From NCBI GenBank assembly GCA_009782435.1, contig WRJA01000002.1, positions 9,180 to 73,179 of the forward strand: a stretch of DNA of 64,000 nucleotides, given 5' to 3'. This document shows, piece by piece, positions 40,421 to 50,216 of this stretch. How positions within the stretch are numbered: the first letter of the stretch is position 1; each line of letters opens with the position of its first letter. The notes beneath the pieces are model-generated. The model did no database searches, was not told the DNA's origin, and saw nothing but the letters and a program-made list of their open reading frames with translations. This DNA is from Oscillospiraceae bacterium (GTDB lineage Bacteria > Bacillota > Clostridia > Oscillospirales > Oscillospiraceae). The translations under genes were made by a program, and so were the position numbers.

Positions 40421-40945
40421 TCCCCATCGGCAACGAAAATTAAACTCGTATTCGGCGCCGCCGGGTGTGCCGATAAGATTAAGCCGTATGCGTCCCGAGA
40501 ATTAAGTATTGACATAAACTGACAGAACAGGGCAAGATATTAATCAGGGCGGATGAGCCGTAATACGGCTTGCCGCCTTGAATACATGTCAGCTGAGCCG
40601 GGCGGGCATGTTGAGGGCGGCCGTCTTGCGGGCGCAGATGTTTATTATACCGGACTTTTTTTATTCATCAGCCGGACATACGGTTTTTCCATGTCACAGT
40701 TTACATAAACATTTGGACACCCTATTCGCTGCTCTTTTTTTCTGTTCGTGTAACACATCTGTTGTAAACCTGCAAATAAAGACAATCGGGCTGATATGAA
40801 TGTATTGAAACCGGCGGTCCGATATGATATGTTTAACAAAATGTATACTTGAAGAATCCTTATGATCGACAGCACGAGGTATTTCCGCTTTATTTGCCCG
40901 TATTTTTAATTATTATGAATACAAATTCAGAAAGAAGGTTCCGTT

Positions 40946-42100
40946 ATGATCAAAATGTATACCGCACGGACTTCGGAGATCGATGAAATCGACGAGGCTG
41001 TCAAAGAAATCAAAGGCCAAATTGATTTCTCGGCCCTGAAAAAGAACTCAGGAGGATTGATATTCTGTCACATCGATTTTATTGAGAGCGGGGTCGTAAA
41101 AGCACTCTGTGATGAATTGCCTTTTAATGTGATAGGGATGACCTCGATGGTGGGAGCTGATGAACACGGTTATGGCCTATTTGATCTGACATTAACTGTG
41201 CTCACCTCCGACGAGATAACATTTGAGGTTGGGATGACCGCGAAAATCGACCGCGGCAATTATATCGATGAGACGGAAAAACTCTATAAAAGCGTCCGCG
41301 GCAAGATCGAAACCGATCCTGCGGTGATATTTACTTTCATGCCTTACGTCCGGGATGTGTCCGGTTATGAGGTGGTAGCGGCTATGGATAAGGCTTGTAA
41401 CGGCATTCCGATGTGGGGGTCCATTACAAATAACATCGACTTTAATTATGAGACGGTGGAAACGATCTGTAACGGCGAACACTTGTCGGCAGGCGTTGCC
41501 ATGATGCTTTTAAACGGGCCTGTCGAACCGAAATTCATTGTTTCCTCCATACCTGAGCGCAATATATCGAGCAGCCGCGCTGTAATCACAAAAAGCGAAG
41601 GGGCGATCCTGCGCGAGATAAACGATCTGCCCATACTGGAGTATTTGGCCAACATCGGACTTGTTGTCACGAAGGATAACATCACGACGACGCCGCTAAT
41701 GATTTACTATGACGATGCTGCAGAACCGGTTGCGCTGGGGTTTTACACACTTTTTGAGGATGGCTCGGTATTGGCGGGAGGCTATATGCCCGAAGGGACA
41801 TCCTGCGCCGTGGGCAGTATAGACGCTCGGGGCATTTTTGAATCATCCGAAGCCGGACTCAAAAGGATACTTGACTATGAGGACCGGAGCGCCACACTGC
41901 TTCTGCCCTGTGTTACACGTTATATAATGCTTGCGCCGGATCAGGAGGGCGAACTGCGATTGATCCGGGAAAAGCTTGACGCCGGCGGGCGCCCTTACAT
42001 GATGGGTTATTCGGGAGGCGAGATCTGCCCCATGCCGGACGCGCAAGGAAAACTTCGTAACCGTTTCCACAACTACACATTCTGCGCTTGCGTCCTGTGA
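40946..42100 (+). CDS. FIST (N+C) domain sensory protein
   Basis: 384 aa, cytoplasmic. The overall pattern ([10 protein letters not shown]..., GYSGGEICP near the C-terminus) is typical of FIST_N/FIST_C proteins. Lies immediately upstream of a histidine kinase gene. Confidence 0.65.
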   Translation: MIKMYTARTSEIDEIDEAVKEIKGQIDFSALKKNSGGLIFCHIDFIESGVVKALCDELPFNVIGMTSMVGADEHGYGLFDLTLTVLTSDEITFEVGMTAKIDRGNYIDETEKLYKSVRGKIETDPAVIFTFMPYVRDVSGYEVVAAMDKACNGIPMWGSITNNIDFNYETVETICNGEHLSAGVAMMLLNGPVEPKFIVSSIPERNISSSRAVITKSEGAILREINDLPILEYLANIGLVVTKDNITTTPLMIYYDDAAEPVALGFYTLFEDGSVLAGGYMPEGTSCAVGSIDARGIFESSEAGLKRILDYEDRSATLLLPCVTRYIMLAPDQEGELRLIREKLDAGGRPYMMGYSGGEICPMPDAQGKLRNRFHNYTFCACVL

Positions 42101-42140
42101 TTTCCCGTCAGAGCGATTCTCAAGCGAAAGAAGGGATAAG

Positions 42141-43877
42141 TTGGGAGAAGCGGATTTTGAAATAACAGGCAGCCCGGAGGATGAGCAAGCGAAAATAACG
42201 CGGCTCGAGCGTGAGATAAGAAGACTCAACCGTGAGAACGCCCATCTTAAAAATGCCGTAGCCCAAGAAAAGACGGCGTATACCACGGTTTTGAACCAAC
42301 AAAAAGCCGGTACATTTATTCAGCGTGAGCGCGAGAGATACTTAGCGCTTTTACTTGCCAATTCTCCCGGAATAATTTTGTTTTTGAGCCGGACGAACAG
42401 GGTCGAGTTTTGCACGGAATCTTTTGTTCGCAAAGCCTGCTTTAAGAATTCGTCGGAGATATTGGGGCGCACGATATCGGAAGTCCTTTCTCCTTTTATG
42501 GATGACATATCCCACGAAAAACTGCTTAAAAAGTGCCGGGATGTCATTACGGCGAACGAATCGCTTTCCTGTGACGTGACATTTCGCTTTACAGCCGGCG
42601 GCGAAACGGAGGATTTCGCCGGGATGATTGTTCCGATGAGCGAAGCAAAGCAGACTGAGGGCGGGTTGATGTTAATGTTCCATGACGTAACCGTCCTGAA
42701 ACGCTCGCGGGAGGAAGCTTTGGCGGCCAACAAAGCCAAGAGCGACTTTTTATCGAATATGAGCCATGAGATACGCACCCCCATGAACGCGATCATCGGT
42801 ATGACATCAATAGGAAAAAAGGAAAAAGATACAGAACGCAAAGACTATGCTTTTGAAAAGATAGAAATCGCGTCGACGCATCTGCTCGGCGTTATCAACG
42901 ACATTCTCGACATATCGAAGATAGAATCGGGCAAAATGGAATTGTCCGGAATTGTTTTCGGGTTTACTGATATGATCAAAAGAGTGACAAGCGTCTCAAT
43001 GGTGAAAATGTCGGAAAAAAGACAAAGGTTTTCTTTTGAGATTGACCCTGAGATTCCGGATGTTTTGTTCGGCGACGACCAGCGTTTGGCGCAGGTGATA
43101 ACTAATCTGTTGTCGAACGCGACAAAATTCACGCCTGAAGGCGGAGAGATATCCCTGAGCGCCCGGCTCCTGAGTTTGCGGAATAACGAATGTGTCACGG
43201 AGCTGTATGTAAAAGATTCGGGCATAGGGATGTCCGAAGAAGATGTCGCTAAATTATTCAACGCTTTTCAACAGGCCCAAGCCGGTACCTCTCGAAAATA
43301 CGGAGGAACCGGCTTGGGTTTGGTCATATCAAAGAGGATACTGCAGATGATGGGCGGAGACATCCGTGTTGAGTCGGAACCGGGAAAAGGCTCTTGCTTT
43401 TACTTCACGGTAATACTCGGTGTACCGGATAAAGCTGTTCAAACCGGGCCGGCCGGTTCTTTGAGCGAGTCAAACAAAGACGCCGAACGGATTTGCGATT
43501 TTTCCGGGAAAGTTATTATGATCGCAGACGATGTTGAGATAAATCTGGAAATTGCCGCCGCGATGCTCGAAGGGACGAACGCTTCGATAGTTAAGGCCAA
43601 CAGCGGCAGGGAAGCGGTCGACATGTTCACGGCTGCGCCGGATTATTATGACCTCATACTGATGGATATGCAAATGCCTGAGATCGACGGGCTGCTGGCG
43701 ACACAAATGATCAGGGCGCTTGGTGTGCCGAAAGCCGCCTCTGTACCGATTATTGCCATGACAGCCAATGTGTTCAGGGAAGACATTGAAAAATGTACAG
43801 ATGCGGGAATGAACGATCATTTGGGAAAACCCATAGTAATGGATGATGTTATCGATAAACTGACTAAATACATATGA
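42141..43877 (+). CDS. Cytoplasmic hybrid sensor histidine kinase/response regulator (coiled-coil, PAS-like, HisKA, HATPase, REC)
   Basis: H-box [12 protein letters not shown]-box [10 protein letters not shown]-boxes DSGIGM and GGTGLGL, REC domain [14 protein letters not shown]...K. No TM segment. TTG start. Confidence 0.85.
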   Translation: MGEADFEITGSPEDEQAKITRLEREIRRLNRENAHLKNAVAQEKTAYTTVLNQQKAGTFIQRERERYLALLLANSPGIILFLSRTNRVEFCTESFVRKACFKNSSEILGRTISEVLSPFMDDISHEKLLKKCRDVITANESLSCDVTFRFTAGGETEDFAGMIVPMSEAKQTEGGLMLMFHDVTVLKRSREEALAANKAKSDFLSNMSHEIRTPMNAIIGMTSIGKKEKDTERKDYAFEKIEIASTHLLGVINDILDISKIESGKMELSGIVFGFTDMIKRVTSVSMVKMSEKRQRFSFEIDPEIPDVLFGDDQRLAQVITNLLSNATKFTPEGGEISLSARLLSLRNNECVTELYVKDSGIGMSEEDVAKLFNAFQQAQAGTSRKYGGTGLGLVISKRILQMMGGDIRVESEPGKGSCFYFTVILGVPDKAVQTGPAGSLSESNKDAERICDFSGKVIMIADDVEINLEIAAAMLEGTNASIVKANSGREAVDMFTAAPDYYDLILMDMQMPEIDGLLATQMIRALGVPKAASVPIIAMTANVFREDIEKCTDAGMNDHLGKPIVMDDVIDKLTKYI

Positions 43878-43893
43878 AAGTCGGATCGACCGG

Positions 43894-44694
43894 TCAGCCC
43901 GTGCAGAGTTTTCCACCGTCGAGGACGCATATCGTACCGTTGATGTTTGCCGCCGCGGGAGATGCGAGATAGACGCAGTACGCCCCGATCTCTATCGGTT
44001 CTCCGAAACGGCGGGAAGGAAGGGCGTTATCGACGAAATCATAGATTCCCGGCGGGAGGTCTTTGTCGAGATCTGAATGCGTAAGCCCCGGCGCTATAAC
44101 ATTAAAGCGCATTCCCGAGCCTCCGAGCTCAATACACAGATATCTGGTAAGTATATCCAGTCCTGCTTTCGCGGCGTGATATCCCGGCTTGAAGTGCTTA
44201 AGGCCGGCCGATACGCTTTGTCCCCCGACCGAAGATATGCTGATCACACTGCCCCCGCCGTTTTTGATCATTGAAGGGACAAAGCTGTGTATCGTGTTCG
44301 CGGGACCGTGCAGATTGGTGTCGATCGTTTGATGCCATTTTTCCAAGTCTTTATCCTCAAGCATTCGCGCTACCGGAGCGACTCCTGAATTGTTAACAAG
44401 GACGTTAACCTTGCCGAATACGTCGAAAACAGATTTTGCCGCCTTTCTGACGTCCTCAAGTTTAGAAACGTCGCAGGCGAAGCAGTGGTGATCACCGCCG
44501 TATTCCTTAAGCTTAGCCGCTGCTTCCGCGCCCTTTGAAACGTCGCGGCAGAGGATGGCGACGTTAGCGCCGCTTTGGGCAAAAGCGGTGGAGATACCGA
44601 AGCCGATTCCGCGGTTGCCGCCTGTTACCACTACATTGTATCCGGATATGTCGTATGCGCCCTTCATGCTCGTTATCGGATTGATTACAGCCAT
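43894..44694 (-). CDS. SDR family oxidoreductase
   Basis: TGGNRGIGFG cofactor motif, NNSG and catalytic YHAAKAG. 266 aa. Confidence 0.85.
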   Translation of the reverse strand: MAVINPITSMKGAYDISGYNVVVTGGNRGIGFGISTAFAQSGANVAILCRDVSKGAEAAAKLKEYGGDHHCFACDVSKLEDVRKAAKSVFDVFGKVNVLVNNSGVAPVARMLEDKDLEKWHQTIDTNLHGPANTIHSFVPSMIKNGGGSVISISSVGGQSVSAGLKHFKPGYHAAKAGLDILTRYLCIELGGSGMRFNVIAPGLTHSDLDKDLPPGIYDFVDNALPSRRFGEPIEIGAYCVYLASPAAANINGTICVLDGGKLCTG

Positions 44695-44947
44695 TTTAAT
44701 ACTCCTTTTAATTTTATTGGTGAGACCGTTTCCGCAATGATAAATTGCGGGTTCTTACTGTCAGGCTGATTATATAATGGGTTTCATTAAATTGCAATAC
44801 AGCGGGACGGGAGTTCAAACCCGGAAAGAAACGGATTTTTCCGTGATTTTGTCTTCAAGCCGGAAAAACAACGATAATTGATATTTACAACATTTTCAAT
44901 GCGTGATAACATTTACGGGTTAAGTTGTTGTGCGAGGTATCCCGTAA

Positions 44948-46009
44948 ATGTTTGAAAGACTGAAGCAGATCGAAGAAAAATATATTGAATTGGATGAGAA
45001 ATCAAAACAACCGGAAATCTACCGGGATCCCGGAGCGTACGCGAAGCTCGCACGGGAGCAAAAAGAACTTGCCCCGGTAGTAAACGCATACAGGGAATAT
45101 GTCCGCTGTATCCGGGATATGGATGAGGCCCGCGAACTGCTGTCCGATCCGGAAATGAAAGAAATGGCGCGCGAAGAACTCGACAGAGCCGAAATGGATA
45201 TGCGCTCAGCTGAAGAAAAACTGAAGGTGCTGCTCTTGCCCTCAGATCCCAATGATGCCCGAAATGTTATTGTTGAGATAAGAGGCGGCGCGGGCGGGGA
45301 GGAGGCTGCGCTTTTCGCGGCCGCGCTGTATCGAATGTATTCCATGTATGCCGATTCAAAGCGTTGGAAAACTGTGATCGCAAATATCAGCGAAACCGGT
45401 ATCGGAGGCATAAAAGAAATATGCTTCATAATTGAAGGTGAAGGCGCGTATTCTAAGCTTAAATTTGAAAGCGGCGTACACAGAGTGCAGCGCGTACCGG
45501 AAACTGAGGCCGGCGGCAGGATACATACAAGTACCGTGACCGTAGCCGTCCTTCCGGAACAGGATGAGATAGATATGGAAATCAATCCTGCCGATCTGCA
45601 GATCGATACTTACAGAGCCTCAGGCGCGGGCGGTCAGCATGTCAATAAAACCGAGAGCGCGATCAGGATAACGCATATTCCGACGGGTACGGTCGTTGAA
45701 TGCCAAGATGAGCGCAGTCAGCATAAAAACAGAGAACGGGCAATGAAAATATTGACTTCCCGCCTTTGCGAGGAGGAACGGATAAAAAAAGAAGCGGCAC
45801 TCTCGGCCGAACGAAAAAGTCAGGTCGGGACGGGCGACAGATCTGAACGTATACGCACATATAATTTTCAGCAGGGCAGGGTCACAGATCATCGTATCGG
45901 TTTGACCTTGTATAAGATCGAACAGATCATGAACGGAGAAACAGACGAGCTGATAGATTCCCTGATCATGGCGGACCGCGCTGAAAAACTGAAGAATCAA
46001 GCGGAATAA
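44948..46009 (+). CDS. prfA: Peptide chain release factor 1
   Basis: GGQ motif SGAGGQHVNKT and RF1-type tripeptide region RVQRVPETE. 353 aa. Confidence 0.95.
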   Translation: MFERLKQIEEKYIELDEKSKQPEIYRDPGAYAKLAREQKELAPVVNAYREYVRCIRDMDEARELLSDPEMKEMAREELDRAEMDMRSAEEKLKVLLLPSDPNDARNVIVEIRGGAGGEEAALFAAALYRMYSMYADSKRWKTVIANISETGIGGIKEICFIIEGEGAYSKLKFESGVHRVQRVPETEAGGRIHTSTVTVAVLPEQDEIDMEINPADLQIDTYRASGAGGQHVNKTESAIRITHIPTGTVVECQDERSQHKNRERAMKILTSRLCEEERIKKEAALSAERKSQVGTGDRSERIRTYNFQQGRVTDHRIGLTLYKIEQIMNGETDELIDSLIMADRAEKLKNQAE

Positions 46010-47217
46010 TGAAAACTGAAATAATAAAAAAGAATATATCGAAAGCCGCCCGCTTAATAAAATCCGGTAAAATCACGGCGGTACCGACGGAAACCGTTTA
46101 CGGTTTGGCGTGCAGTGCGATGGACGCAGGGGCTGTGGCGCGTGTTTATGCATTAAAAGGACGGCCGCCGGAAAAACCCTTATCCTTGCTGGTGCCGGGA
46201 CCCGAAGCGCTGGAGAAGTATTGCATGGATATACCGAAAGCGGCGTATACGCTCGCCGAGAAGTTTTGGCCGGGACCTCTTACTATTGTACTGAAATCAT
46301 CGGGGGTCGTTCCGGATGTTGTGACGGCGGGAGGAGATACGGTCGGATTGCGCTGTCCGAAGCATGATTTGACTCTTAAGCTCTTGGCGGAAATATCTCT
46401 TCCTCTTGCCGCTCCGTCTGCGAACCTTTCCGGACAAAAGCCGCCCGCAACTGCCGGGGAAGTGCTGGAGTATTTCGGAGGCAAAATCGACGGAGTTATC
46501 GACGGCGGCCGGTGCGAAGCCGGCGCCGAGTCGACAATAATCGATTTGTCCCGGAGCCCGTACCGTATTTTGCGTGAGGGAGCGCTTTCCTCGGATGAAA
46601 TAATAAGAGCTGTTACCGGCGCCATGAATATTATCGGTCTTACCGGAGGCAGCGGCACAGGAAAAACTACGGCGCTGAAAGTTTCGGAGAGTTTGGGCGC
46701 GCTCGCCATTGACTGTGACGATGTTTATCATGAGCTTCTTGAAAGCAATCAAGATATGGTTTTTGAGATAAGTTCACAGTTTAAAGGGGTCGTAACAGAC
46801 GGGGTCCTCAGGAGAAAAGATTTGGGACAAATCGTTTTTCGCGGCAGAGAAGCCTTGGAGCGGCTGAACTCTGTTACGCACAAATATATCCGCGCCGAAG
46901 TTGATAAAAGGCTCAGCTGCTATGCCATGGAAGGCGGCGAAACAGCGGCTGTTGCCGCCATCGCGCTTATTGAAAGCGGCCGTGCGGAAAAGTGTTCAAC
47001 AGTGGTCGGCATAACCGCCTCGCCGGAAGTCAGGCTGCTGAGGATAACAGAGAGGGAGAGCCTTTTGAGGGAATATGCCCGGATGCGTATAGACGCGCAG
47101 AAGACGGATGAATTTTTCCGGGAAAACTGTGATTTTATTATTGAAAATAACGGAAGCATTGGAGAGTTCAGAGATAAATGCGGAAAATTATTCGAGGAGC
47201 TGATGAATAATGGCTGA
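46009..47217 (+). CDS. Fusion ORF: L-threonylcarbamoyladenylate synthase (TsaC/YrdC domain) + dephospho-CoA kinase (CoaE domain)
   Basis: Residues 1-205 carry YrdC motifs (AVPTETVYGL, KGRPPEKPL, PLAAPSANLSG, ESTIIDL). Residues 207-402 carry the CoaE pattern (IIGLTGGSGTGKTT, IDCDDVYHELL, LNSVTHKYI). No stop separates the two parts. Confidence 0.8.
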   Translation: MKTEIIKKNISKAARLIKSGKITAVPTETVYGLACSAMDAGAVARVYALKGRPPEKPLSLLVPGPEALEKYCMDIPKAAYTLAEKFWPGPLTIVLKSSGVVPDVVTAGGDTVGLRCPKHDLTLKLLAEISLPLAAPSANLSGQKPPATAGEVLEYFGGKIDGVIDGGRCEAGAESTIIDLSRSPYRILREGALSSDEIIRAVTGAMNIIGLTGGSGTGKTTALKVSESLGALAIDCDDVYHELLESNQDMVFEISSQFKGVVTDGVLRRKDLGQIVFRGREALERLNSVTHKYIRAEVDKRLSCYAMEGGETAAVAAIALIESGRAEKCSTVVGITASPEVRLLRITERESLLREYARMRIDAQKTDEFFRENCDFIIENNGSIGEFRDKCGKLFEELMNNG

Positions 47218-48607
47218 AAAAAATTCCGAATTGAGAGATAAGCTGTTTTATATACAAAAGAACGGCTATGCAATAATCGACGCGAATGAACGTTCTTTGT
47301 GTGAAAATTACTGTGAAGATTATAAGAGTTTTCTGAGCATTGCCAAAACCGAACGGGAAGCGGTCAATGAGGCTGTAAAGATTGCCTCATCGGCGGGTTT
47401 TTTGGAATACAAAAAGACAAAAACGCCTCTTAAAGCGGGCGACAGGCTTTACAGGAATATACGCGGAAAAGCGGTGATGTTTGCCGTGGTCGGGAAAAAG
47501 CCCCTGTCGGAGGGAGCTGTTTTTTCTGTCGCTCATGTTGACTCGCCGAGATTGGATCTGAAACAGCTTCCCATGTTTGAGAGCGATGAGTTATGTTATT
47601 TGAAGACGCATTATTACGGCGGAATCAAAAAATATCAATGGACGGCTGTCCCGCTTGAGCTTCGGGGAACCGTTGTTAAAAAAGACGGTGAAGCGCTGCA
47701 TATTTCCGTGGGCGCCGATAAAGATGACCCGCAGTTTGTCATAACCGATCTTCTGCCGCATTTGGGCGAGGAACAAATGAAAAAGACAATGGCGGAAGGC
47801 ATAACGGGAGAAGGTTTGAATATACTGATCGGCAGCATACCGCAAAATGATGAGGGCGACGACAAGGTCAAACTTACCGTGCTTTCGATCATAAATGAAA
47901 AATACGGCATAACTGAAGAGGATTTTGTTTCAGCGGATCTGTGCGCCGTGCCTGCCTTTGAGGTCAGAGACATCGGGTTTGATCGCAGCCTGATAGGCGG
48001 ATACGGTCATGACGACAGGGTGTGCGCTTTTTCTTCGCTTAAAGCGGTGACAGAAATCAAAATACCGGAAAAGACAGCCGTTTGTGTTTTAACGGACAGG
48101 GAGGAAACGGGATCCGAGGGTGTTACAGGTATGCAAAGCGAAGCTTTTGACTCCTTCATTGAGGACCTTTGCGTTGCGGGAGGCGTCCGCCTTCGCGATT
48201 GTTATGAAAACAGCGTCTGTATTTCGGCCGACGTCTCCAACGCGTTTGACCCGAATTTCCCGGATGTTTCCGAAAAACGAAACAACGCAAAAATAAACTA
48301 CGGCGTGTGTCTTATGAAATATACCGGCTCCCGAGGAAAATCCGGCTCGTCTGACGCGGGCGCCGAGCTTGTAGCGGAAATGAGAAAGATTTTCGCCGGT
48401 AACGGGGTCGTCTGGCAGATGAGCGAACTCGGCAAAGTGGATAAAGGCGGAGGGGGTACCGTTGCCAAATTTACGGCAAACAGAAATATTGCCACGATCG
48501 ACGCCGGCGTACCTGTATTATCGATGCATTCTCCTTTTGAAATCGTATCCAAATTCGATTGCTATATGACATATAAAGCAGTAAAAGCTGTGTTTTTACA
48601 GGGCTGA
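47210..48607 (+). CDS. M18-family aminopeptidase
   Basis: 465 aa. SVAHVDSPRLDLK, GGYGHDDRVC and TDREETGSEG metal-site motifs. The ATG overlaps the upstream stop (ATGGCTGA). Confidence 0.75.
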   Translation: MAEKNSELRDKLFYIQKNGYAIIDANERSLCENYCEDYKSFLSIAKTEREAVNEAVKIASSAGFLEYKKTKTPLKAGDRLYRNIRGKAVMFAVVGKKPLSEGAVFSVAHVDSPRLDLKQLPMFESDELCYLKTHYYGGIKKYQWTAVPLELRGTVVKKDGEALHISVGADKDDPQFVITDLLPHLGEEQMKKTMAEGITGEGLNILIGSIPQNDEGDDKVKLTVLSIINEKYGITEEDFVSADLCAVPAFEVRDIGFDRSLIGGYGHDDRVCAFSSLKAVTEIKIPEKTAVCVLTDREETGSEGVTGMQSEAFDSFIEDLCVAGGVRLRDCYENSVCISADVSNAFDPNFPDVSEKRNNAKINYGVCLMKYTGSRGKSGSSDAGAELVAEMRKIFAGNGVVWQMSELGKVDKGGGGTVAKFTANRNIATIDAGVPVLSMHSPFEIVSKFDCYMTYKAVKAVFLQG

Positions 48608-48642
48608 AAATTATGTGAAACCGGAACGGATAAAAAAATGCC

Positions 48643-48667
48643 GGGACGCCGTATTACGCGGCGCCCC
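48643..48667. terminator. Bidirectional terminator between convergent aminopeptidase and lysR genes
   Basis: GGGACGCCG-tattacg-CGGCGCCCC, flanked by AAAAAAA on the 5' side and GTCTTTT on the 3' side. Confidence 0.7.
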
Positions 48668-48691
48668 GTTGTCTTTTAATATATGAACAAA

Positions 48692-49597
48692 TCATTCCGT
48701 TTCATATTTCTGAGAAAAACGTTCCTTGAACGCGCTCTTTAAAATGCCTATGGCGGGATTGTTGTTGTCACGTTTATGACACAGGCTGATACGCCTGTAG
48801 CAAAAATCATTTGAAAACGGAATAAATCTCACATCGTACATCGTGGCGTTTCTCATGTGCCGGCCAATGATGGTGATGGCGGAAGAATTGTTGATTTCCA
48901 TTAAAACAGATTCAATTTGATTGTACAGTATAGGATTTGAAGGTGTAAAACCCAATTCCGAACAGTAATCGACAACCTTTTTCCACATTGTGTCAAAATA
49001 ATTCGATTCAACGCTCAGAATCGTTTTTCCTTTTATCTCCTTAAGATCGATCTCATTTCGTTTTGCCAAGGGGTCTTTATTGTTGCATAAAATTCCGAGG
49101 CGCTCGTCAAAAAGATTAAAAAAGACAAGATTGCCCGAGCCGGAAAACGGGATATTCGGGACGACTATGATATCCACTTTATCGGCGTACAAATAGCGGA
49201 TAAGGTCATTGGGATCGTCCATAACGAGTTTAAAATCTAAATTGGCGTGGTGTTTTTTCAGGTGGCTCGGCACGTCTCTGAGATAGTCTTTAACCGCGTA
49301 AAACGGGGAACCTAAAGTAACTGAAAGTTCTTCATAATTATTTGTCTGTTTTACGCGTGTTATCAAATGATCGAGCCGGTTTACAACGGCAGGCAGGTTT
49401 TCATACAAAAAACGGCCTTCCGCGGTCAGTTTCACGTTCTGTGTGGATCTGCTGAACAATCGGACGCCCAAATACTTTTCCAACCCGATAATATGCCGGC
49501 TGAGTACCGGCTGCGTTAGATATAAATGTTCGGCGGCAATGCTGTAGTTGAGCAGTTCCGCTAAAGTTATGAATTCTTTGAAATGTTCGATGTGCAC
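48692..49597 (-). CDS. LysR family transcriptional regulator
   Basis: N-terminal wHTH (FITLAELLNYSIAAEHLYLTQPVLSRHIIGLEKYLGVRLF) plus a substrate-binding domain. 301 aa. Confidence 0.9.
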   Translation of the reverse strand: MHIEHFKEFITLAELLNYSIAAEHLYLTQPVLSRHIIGLEKYLGVRLFSRSTQNVKLTAEGRFLYENLPAVVNRLDHLITRVKQTNNYEELSVTLGSPFYAVKDYLRDVPSHLKKHHANLDFKLVMDDPNDLIRYLYADKVDIIVVPNIPFSGSGNLVFFNLFDERLGILCNNKDPLAKRNEIDLKEIKGKTILSVESNYFDTMWKKVVDYCSELGFTPSNPILYNQIESVLMEINNSSAITIIGRHMRNATMYDVRFIPFSNDFCYRRISLCHKRDNNNPAIGILKSAFKERFSQKYETE

Positions 49598-49682
49598 GGA
49601 TCGCTTTGCCCCCTATCTCACGCAGTATTGTCATCCCGGAAATGAGCCGCCGTAAAGGCGGCTCATTTTGTATTATTTCGGG

Positions 49683-50204
49683 TCACAGCCAGTCTGCCGT
49701 TATTTCAGCTTCATATTCTTTGTTAAACAGCGAAGCAAAACCTTTTATCGCGCTCAAGAACAGAGTAAGACTCAATACTCCTGCCGCGATCGATACGATC
49801 ACGTATGAAGGAACGGTGGAGATTTTAAGAATAACCGTTGTATATTTATAGTCCATCGCCATTCCGGTCTGTTTTATCAAGGCGTTGCACAGTAAAGCGC
49901 CGATTCCGGCCGAAAGCAGTTCGCCGAGAGCGAACACGGCCAACCCTATCTTTCTCGGGAATATACCTATGAGCATCGTCACATGGACGTGCGTCCCTTT
50001 CATTTGGGCATAGGCGAAAGAACTTATAACTCCGCAAAGCATGAGCTGTTCAACTATTTCAAGGGATCCGAGGATGGGGCTGTTAAGCAAATAGCGCAGC
50101 ATAACATCAGTTACTATAAGAAGCATGATAGCTGTGAAACAGATATATGAGATCGCGTTTACGGCTATGGCAAGAGCGCCGATGCTTTTTGTAAGAATCT
50201 TCAT
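49683..50204 (-). CDS. TRAP transporter small permease (DctQ-like)
   Basis: 173 aa with 4 TM segments. Lies 12 nt downstream of the large permease gene. Confidence 0.75.
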   Translation of the reverse strand: MKILTKSIGALAIAVNAISYICFTAIMLLIVTDVMLRYLLNSPILGSLEIVEQLMLCGVISSFAYAQMKGTHVHVTMLIGIFPRKIGLAVFALGELLSAGIGALLCNALIKQTGMAMDYKYTTVILKISTVPSYVIVSIAAGVLSLTLFLSAIKGFASLFNKEYEAEITADWL

Positions 50205-50216
50205 ATCACGCTCCTC

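Noticed and set aside
40578-40875. Two small ORFs (73 aa on the plus strand, 76 aa on the minus strand) in the MCP-FIST gap
   Set aside because: They overlap each other on opposite strands, lack an SD and have odd composition. There is no support that either is coding.
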